Part shown: positions 26,958 through 32,000 of the stretch, one piece after another
Numbering within the stretch: the first letter of the stretch is position 1
How the letters are laid out: each line of letters opens with the position of its first letter
DNA from: Methanococcus maripaludis
GTDB lineage: Archaea; AGJL01; Methanococci; Methanococcales; Methanococcaceae
Length of the DNA: 32,000 nt
NCBI RefSeq assembly: GCF_002945325.1
Contig: NZ_CP026606.1
Location: 570,001 to 602,000, forward strand
Direction of reading: 5' to 3'
Translations under genes and position numbers: made by a program
Notes under the pieces: generated by a model
The model's input: the letters and a program-made list of their open reading frames with translations, nothing else
Databases searched by the model: none
Told to the model about the DNA's origin: nothing

Positions 26958-28319
26958 TTAAATTGATCCATCTAAGTCTTCTGAAAGAGCAATCTTATTA
27001 ATTCTGCCAATTTTTACTTTCCTAACCATTCCTCTCTGTTCAAGATCAGAAATCATTCTTGAAACTTTTGGTTTGGTAAGTCCAGTTACATCAACGATTT
27101 CTTTTTGAGAAATTGACCCGTGCTCTCTAATTAATTCAATAAGCTGTTTTTCGTCATCCGTTAATATATTCATTAATGTTTCACTTTTATGGGACTCGTA
27201 ATCTCCGATTTTTTCTTTCAATTCAATAATATATCTTTCTTTTTCACCAATGAGTCCATTTAATTCATTAATTTTTAATTTAAGTTCTTCAGATAATTTT
27301 TTGTAATCATTTAAACTTTTGATCACTGCATCTTTTGAATTTAATTCTTCTTTTAATTTTGTATGGTTTCCAACCTGATCCCTACACTGCAATATTTCTT
27401 CATTTAATTCATTAATTTTTAATTCATAATCTTTTAATTTATTTTTTGATAAATCCAATTCTTTTAAAACGTGTTCGTTTAATTCTTCTAACCTTTGAAG
27501 TTCCTTATTTTTATTTTGTAAATTAAGATGCGATATTTCAAGGCCTTTGTTTAACCCATTTATCTCGTTTTGAAGTTCATTTATCATTTTTACTTTATTA
27601 TAATTCCGATATATAAAAAATATCAATGCAACAACGAGTACCGCTAAAACAATGCTTACTGCACGGTATAAATCTTCGTTATTTTCGCCAGTCGTTGAAG
27701 GAGTAATTACGCCAGTTAGTACATAATTTATAGTAACTTCAAAATATTTTTCTTCTGATGTTAATTCTTTTTCCCATTCTACAAATATACTTTTACCATT
27801 CGTTCCAACAGTATAATCCCTAGGACTTATACTTAAAACATCTTTTACAGGCGAAACGATGGCTGCCCCTTCGGGAAGCTGTACTGAGAGCTTGAAATTT
27901 GAATCAAATGCAGGAACTATGATATATACCTGTTTTTTTCCGCCGATATCAGAAACTTCCCCTGTAAAACTAACCAGTAAATCCCCAGTCTGCCACGGAC
28001 CAATTGGTTCAGTTAATTTGACACTAACTTCGGTTGCACCTGCATCATCGGTAGTTATCGAATAAGAATCTATTTCTTTTGAAGAATTAAATGTTAAATT
28101 TGAAGTTTCCTGGGGAATTGTATAACTAATTTCGTATAAATCATCAGAATTGTTGTTGTAAATTTTCAAATTTATTTCTTCATAAAAATTATCGTTTTGA
28201 TCTATTGAATATATCACAGAATAATCGTCAAAACGGTACGAATCAACTGCACTTATAGAGCAGAACATTAGCGCGACTAATAAATACAGCTTATAATTAT
28301 TTAAAATTGGCTTTGACAT
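26958..28319 (-). CDS. Membrane-anchored putative transcription regulator: signal/anchor, extracytoplasmic domain, TM helix, coiled coil and C-terminal winged helix-turn-helix
   Basis: A 453-aa ORF. The N-terminal hydrophobic segment is YKLYLLVALMFCSISAV, followed by a beta-rich region of about 195 aa. The TM helix is AVSIVLAVLVVALIFFIY. Next comes about 150 aa of heptad-like Leu/Asn/Glu/Lys repeats. The C-terminus LTDDEKQLIELIREHGSISQKEIVDVTGLTKPKVSRMISDLEQRGMVRKVKIGRINKIAL looks like a MarR/TrmB-type wHTH. Confidence 0.6.
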   Translation of the reverse strand: MSKPILNNYKLYLLVALMFCSISAVDSYRFDDYSVIYSIDQNDNFYEEINLKIYNNNSDDLYEISYTIPQETSNLTFNSSKEIDSYSITTDDAGATEVSVKLTEPIGPWQTGDLLVSFTGEVSDIGGKKQVYIIVPAFDSNFKLSVQLPEGAAIVSPVKDVLSISPRDYTVGTNGKSIFVEWEKELTSEEKYFEVTINYVLTGVITPSTTGENNEDLYRAVSIVLAVLVVALIFFIYRNYNKVKMINELQNEINGLNKGLEISHLNLQNKNKELQRLEELNEHVLKELDLSKNKLKDYELKINELNEEILQCRDQVGNHTKLKEELNSKDAVIKSLNDYKKLSEELKLKINELNGLIGEKERYIIELKEKIGDYESHKSETLMNILTDDEKQLIELIREHGSISQKEIVDVTGLTKPKVSRMISDLEQRGMVRKVKIGRINKIALSEDLDGSI

Positions 28320-28337
28320 TGTATCTTACCTAAAAGT

Positions 28338-29276
28338 TTAAATTAAATCCTTTTCAATCTCATTTGCTGCAGTAACCATGTTATTTAACTTAGAGTATGC
28401 AACATCCACGGGAAGCAGTCTCATACCACAGTCTGGATCGATTATAACGGAATCATTTATTGAACCTTCAAATTTAGAATTATTCTTTAATATTTCTATT
28501 CCTTCACTTATTAATGCTTTTACTTCGTCAACAGAATCTACAGATTTAATTTTGGTGTTTATGCACCCGAAACCAACCTTTTTTGTGATTTCATTTAATA
28601 CTTCAAGATTTTTTCTACAGGATGCAAATTCGTGGTCCAAAATATCGACATTGAATTCATTTAATTTGTAAAATATTTTTGAAACATCTCCGCAAACATG
28701 CATTGCAACAGGAACAGTTATTCCAGAAGTAATAATGTTCATTGCTTTTTTTGCAACTTCGAGATCATATAATCCAGTTGAAAGGATTGGCTCATCAAAT
28801 TGTATCATTTTTACATGGTTTTGAATTGAAAGAGCTTCTTTGTTTAAAGCCCTTGCTAAATCGTAAATTAAATTTTCATCTTTGTTATCAGCATAATAAT
28901 TTTCAACACGAATTGATGAAGCAAGCGTACAAGCACCAGTTATTATTCCTTTTACTCCTTTTTCAGGGTCTTTTTTTGAAATATATTTTAGAGAATATTT
29001 TATATCGTTTAAAGTAATTGGTTTTACAAATTCAACCCTGTTGACAACTCGCCTGCCTTCAAAACCATACATGTTTGATACAAATATCTCAACCATGTCT
29101 CCTCTGACCTGGCCATCACTTAAAATATCAATTCCAACGTTTAATTGATCATCTAAGGCTTTTTTTATCGAATATTCGTATTTATCATATTTTCCAAAAA
29201 ATTTCTTAATTTTATCAGGTATAGAATCGGGTTTTCCTTTAACTACTGGGTAGCTACCAACAACAGTCTTTATCAT
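28338..29276 (-). CDS. metE: Archaeal short MetE-like methionine synthase (MetE C-terminal-domain homologue)
   Basis: A 312-aa ORF. The N-terminus is VVGSYP. Zn-ligand contexts are MHVCGD and DPDCGMR. GGTGA lies 4 nt before ATG 29276. Confidence 0.8.
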   Translation of the reverse strand: MIKTVVGSYPVVKGKPDSIPDKIKKFFGKYDKYEYSIKKALDDQLNVGIDILSDGQVRGDMVEIFVSNMYGFEGRRVVNRVEFVKPITLNDIKYSLKYISKKDPEKGVKGIITGACTLASSIRVENYYADNKDENLIYDLARALNKEALSIQNHVKMIQFDEPILSTGLYDLEVAKKAMNIITSGITVPVAMHVCGDVSKIFYKLNEFNVDILDHEFASCRKNLEVLNEITKKVGFGCINTKIKSVDSVDEVKALISEGIEILKNNSKFEGSINDSVIIDPDCGMRLLPVDVAYSKLNNMVTAANEIEKDLI

Positions 29277-29313
29277 AAAATCACCAAAAAAGTAATAAAA
29301 AAATAATATAAAA

Positions 29314-29967
29314 TTAAAGTATTCTTCCGCGAACCTTAGTTATGTCAAATTTAGCAGTATCTGCAACAGTCATTACTGCAATAACGCCTGCCTGTAATGG
29401 ATCGGTCACTATTAGATCTGCAAGCTTTGGAAGGCTTCCAAACATGTTTAAGCATATTACTGGAATGTTTGTATCCTTTTTTACTTCTTCAACAGCTTTT
29501 GTAATAGCTCCGCCCATTAATGATCCTGCCAAAACCAAAACTCCAGCTCTTGGAAGTGTTTTTATTGCCAAGATTGCATCTGCAAGATTTTCTTCACCGA
29601 CTACTGCCATTGTATCAACACTTATTCTCTCCCCACGGATGTTGTGCCGGTCTGCTTCGCTTATTGCACCCATTGCAACTTGAGCTACCTGGGCGCCCCC
29701 TCCAAATATCAAAACTCTCTTACCAAATATTTTCTTCATGGTTTTGTGAGTTTCAACTTTTTTTACAAATTCTAATTTTTCAAGTTTTCCTGCTAAATTT
29801 TCTTCGTCCTCGACCCCATCGAGTTCCATATAAATTAAACCAGTATTTTCCCCAACGATGAACTGCTGAGTGTACACTATGTTTGCATTTAATTCCGAAA
29901 TTATTCCTGTTAATCTATAAAGTATACCTACACGGTCTTCCGCAATTACAGTAAGTCCAAGCTGCAT
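29314..29967 (-). CDS. ACT-domain protein with a Gly/Ala-rich C-terminal domain (COG2150-like putative amino-acid-metabolism regulator)
   Basis: The N-terminal VIAEDRVGILYRLTGIISELNANIVY is an ACT-like beta-alpha start. The C-terminal 130 aa (VLIFGGGAQVAQVAMGAI...VLAGSLMGG) has no known function. Confidence 0.6.
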   Translation of the reverse strand: MQLGLTVIAEDRVGILYRLTGIISELNANIVYTQQFIVGENTGLIYMELDGVEDEENLAGKLEKLEFVKKVETHKTMKKIFGKRVLIFGGGAQVAQVAMGAISEADRHNIRGERISVDTMAVVGEENLADAILAIKTLPRAGVLVLAGSLMGGAITKAVEEVKKDTNIPVICLNMFGSLPKLADLIVTDPLQAGVIAVMTVADTAKFDITKVRGRIL

Positions 29968-29976
29968 GAAATCGCC

Positions 29977-30834
29977 TTATCTTAAATATTTAGGATTACT
30001 TGCCATTTCCATTAATCTTTTTACCCGTTCTTCGGTTGAAGGGTGTGTTGAAAATAACCTTGCAACGTTTCCTGCTTTAAAAGGATTTACAATAAACATG
30101 TGTGCAGTTGCAGGGCTTCCATTTCTTAACGGATGGTATTTTACCCCTTTTTCAAGTTTTGTAAGTGCATTTGCAAGGTAAATCGGGTTTGAATATTTTG
30201 CCCCGTTTTCGTCAGCATTGTATTCATTCTGCCTTGAAATTGCAAATTGAACAACCATTGCAGCAATTGGAGCCAATATTATGAAAAGTAGGGATGCAAC
30301 AATCTGCATTGGATTTCCATCGTCGTCTCTTCCATATCCAAAAAGCATTCCCCACTGTAAGAAATTTGCAATGTACATTATTGCTCCAGCCATCGTTGCA
30401 ACGATTGTCCCGATTAAAATATCCCTGTGCTTTATGTGTCCAATTTCGTGAGCTAAAACTCCTTCAAGTTCTTGCTCATTTAAAAGTTGTAAGATTCCGG
30501 TAGTAACTGCGACTACACCATTTTTAGGGCCTCTACCTGTTGCAAATGCATTTGGAGTATCAGTATTAATTATTGCAACTTTTGGTTTTTGAATATTTGC
30601 CCTGTTTGCTATTGATTCAACAATTCTGTGTAAATTTGGCGCTTCGTTTTCATCAACTATTTTTGCACCATAGCTTGTCAGAACTATTTTGTCGCTATAA
30701 AAATAGCTTATTAAATTAGGAATTAGTGCTAAAAGTATTGCAAATATTGGGGGGAATCCGAGCATAAAGCAAATTCCGTAGATCATTCCTGTTAAAAGTG
30801 CCATCAATAAAAGAACTTTTACTGTAGACATCAT
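29977..30834 (-). CDS. htpX: HtpX-type M48 zinc metalloprotease (membrane)
   Basis: HEIGHIKHRD is the HExxH motif, and TM helices flank it. The ORF-track start at 30897 overlaps the upstream gene by 53 nt. ATG 30834 follows AGGTG by 6 nt and gives MMSTVKVLLL. Confidence 0.9.
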   Translation of the reverse strand: MMSTVKVLLLMALLTGMIYGICFMLGFPPIFAILLALIPNLISYFYSDKIVLTSYGAKIVDENEAPNLHRIVESIANRANIQKPKVAIINTDTPNAFATGRGPKNGVVAVTTGILQLLNEQELEGVLAHEIGHIKHRDILIGTIVATMAGAIMYIANFLQWGMLFGYGRDDDGNPMQIVASLLFIILAPIAAMVVQFAISRQNEYNADENGAKYSNPIYLANALTKLEKGVKYHPLRNGSPATAHMFIVNPFKAGNVARLFSTHPSTEERVKRLMEMASNPKYLR

Positions 30835-30844
30835 GTTTACACCT

Positions 30845-31720
30845 TTATTTGTAAATTTTACAAACCACTGGATTTGATAAAATTGAAGCGGCGTCATTTA
30901 ATTCTTCGTCTTTACAGATGCAGAATATTGCATTTCCAAGCATTGCCTGGGACGCTCCAGCAGTAAATCTTAAATCATCACATATTTCGATTATTTCTTC
31001 AGATGCAAGACCTGTATTTTTTGCAAAGTAGTATGATAACTCCATGAAATTTTCAAGGGTTGGTTTTTTCAACAATTTTCCAAGTAATTCGTCTGAAGTA
31101 GCATTTATTTTTTCTATCCACGAAGGATCGTTAATTACGGTATCAGTTTCCTTTTTGCCAAATATATCTACCAAAACACTATAATCATCCATGTTTTTAA
31201 TGTCAACGCTTTCTACACCAATTGGAAATCCTGGACTCTTTCGAATAACAAAACCCTTTGTGTGCTGTGCGATAACATCTCCAAGCCCAGTATTACAGCG
31301 TACTTCTGCCTTGTGAGCAATTTTCACCAGTTCTGATATATCTGATTCATTTTTTTTATTATCTAAATTACTTCTATCAATATCATTTTGCATGTTCTTA
31401 AAGTTGTATGTTGAACTCAGCTCATATGCAGCACCAAGTGCACAACATCCTGATGTTCCCATACCACATCCAAGCGGAAAATCGGAAGTATAGGTTATAT
31501 CGTGTTTTAATTCGTTTTTAAGCCCCAAATAATGGATAACATCTTTTGACGGACACAGATCTATTTTTTCATCGTTAAAATAAACATTTCCAGATCCTTC
31601 GACCAATTTTGTGGATACTCCCCTATTTAGTGTAATTCCTGCACCAGTTGATCCGGTTTTTAGTAAATTTTCGTGTCTAGTTATTTTGAAAAAACCTGTA
31701 ATATGAGAGGGTATGAACAT
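30845..31720 (-). CDS. GHMP-family kinase, probable archaeal pantoate kinase (CoA biosynthesis)
   Basis: A 291-aa ORF. The N-terminal PSHITGFF and the GHMP motif PLGCGMGTSGCCALGAA are present. Size and N-terminus fit the COG1829/pantoate kinase group rather than mevalonate, homoserine or shikimate kinases. AGGTG lies upstream of the ATG. Confidence 0.6.
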   Translation of the reverse strand: MFIPSHITGFFKITRHENLLKTGSTGAGITLNRGVSTKLVEGSGNVYFNDEKIDLCPSKDVIHYLGLKNELKHDITYTSDFPLGCGMGTSGCCALGAAYELSSTYNFKNMQNDIDRSNLDNKKNESDISELVKIAHKAEVRCNTGLGDVIAQHTKGFVIRKSPGFPIGVESVDIKNMDDYSVLVDIFGKKETDTVINDPSWIEKINATSDELLGKLLKKPTLENFMELSYYFAKNTGLASEEIIEICDDLRFTAGASQAMLGNAIFCICKDEELNDAASILSNPVVCKIYK

Positions 31721-31762
31721 TTTAGCACCTAATATTTATCAAAAACAGAAAAGAAATAAAAA

Positions 31763-32000
31763 TTATTTATTTAAAATCTGAATTATTTTTTCCGTAATTT
31801 GTTCCTTATTTTCAGAATATTTTCCTTGTGCGAGGTTATCTTTTCCACCGCCTTTTCCAATATTTCTGATTAAGTCTTTCATACTTATTTCAACGTTTTC
31901 TCCTCTTTTACATAAGAGGTAGTCGTTTTCATTCATTAGAACTATGAGTTTGTTTCCAACTGCTAAGTTGTCTGCAATCGACATTAATTCGTTTGGAGTT
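31763..32000 (-). CDS. alaS: Alanyl-tRNA synthetase, C-terminal end only (gene continues beyond the right edge)
   Basis: The reading frame stays open upstream of the track's internal Met (31984) to position 32000. The C-terminal GKGGGKDNLAQGKY matches the AlaRS DHHA1-domain GGG...AQG motif. Confidence 0.7.
   Translation of the reverse strand, partial: TPNELMSIADNLAVGNKLIVLMNENDYLLCKRGENVEISMKDLIRNIGKGGGKDNLAQGKYSENKEQITEKIIQILNK

Noticed and set aside
30835-30897. 21-codon N-terminal extension of HtpX overlapping the upstream kinase gene
   Set aside because: The overlap of 53 nt is unusual here. ATG 30834 follows AGGTG and begins directly with the first TM helix, as expected for HtpX.

Overview
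This window reads as a core chromosomal segment of an AT-rich methanogenic archaeon, most like Methanococcus (M. maripaludis type). Ribosome-binding sites are GGTGA/GGAGG-like and gene ends carry oligo-T tracts. Methanogen and archaeal hallmarks include comD (coenzyme M), cofD (F420), GTP cyclohydrolase III, a fused Kae1-Bud32, an archaeal-type ThrRS, methanogenesis-marker-like genes and a pantoate-kinase-like GHMP kinase. I support 33 protein-coding features, 27 on the minus strand and 6 on the plus strand. Two are cut by the window edges. Three are absent from the supplied ORF track: a surface-protein fragment at 1-672, a 33-codon MetS-like peptide at 6928-7029, and a weaker 26-codon hydrophobic peptide at 2244-2324. 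I saw no rRNA, tRNA, CRISPR array, transposase or integrase. Twelve ORF-track N-termini look over-extended and were reset from Shine-Dalgarno (SD) spacing. The only clearly accessory-looking stretch is about 2.33-4.35 kb. It holds two plus-strand orphan genes (71 aa, and a 434-aa polytopic membrane protein with an unrecognisable soluble domain) between two minus-strand core operons, delimited by three copies of a 27-42 nt AT-rich element. Other items worth follow-up are listed below.
- An F420/flavin gene string (GT-B-like, cofD, GTP cyclohydrolase III, Dus-related TIM barrel) contains two uncharacterised families.
- A 453-aa protein is built as signal/anchor, extracytoplasmic domain, TM helix, long coiled coil and C-terminal winged helix.
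- A CBS-domain gene is tightly linked to marker-7/17-like genes.
- A short GMC-type flavoprotein carries an inserted Cys cluster.
- A LUD-domain/nitroreductase gene pair has closely abutting stop and start codons.
Nothing here can be called a demonstrated new system from sequence alone. All family calls come from motif recognition by eye, without database searches.
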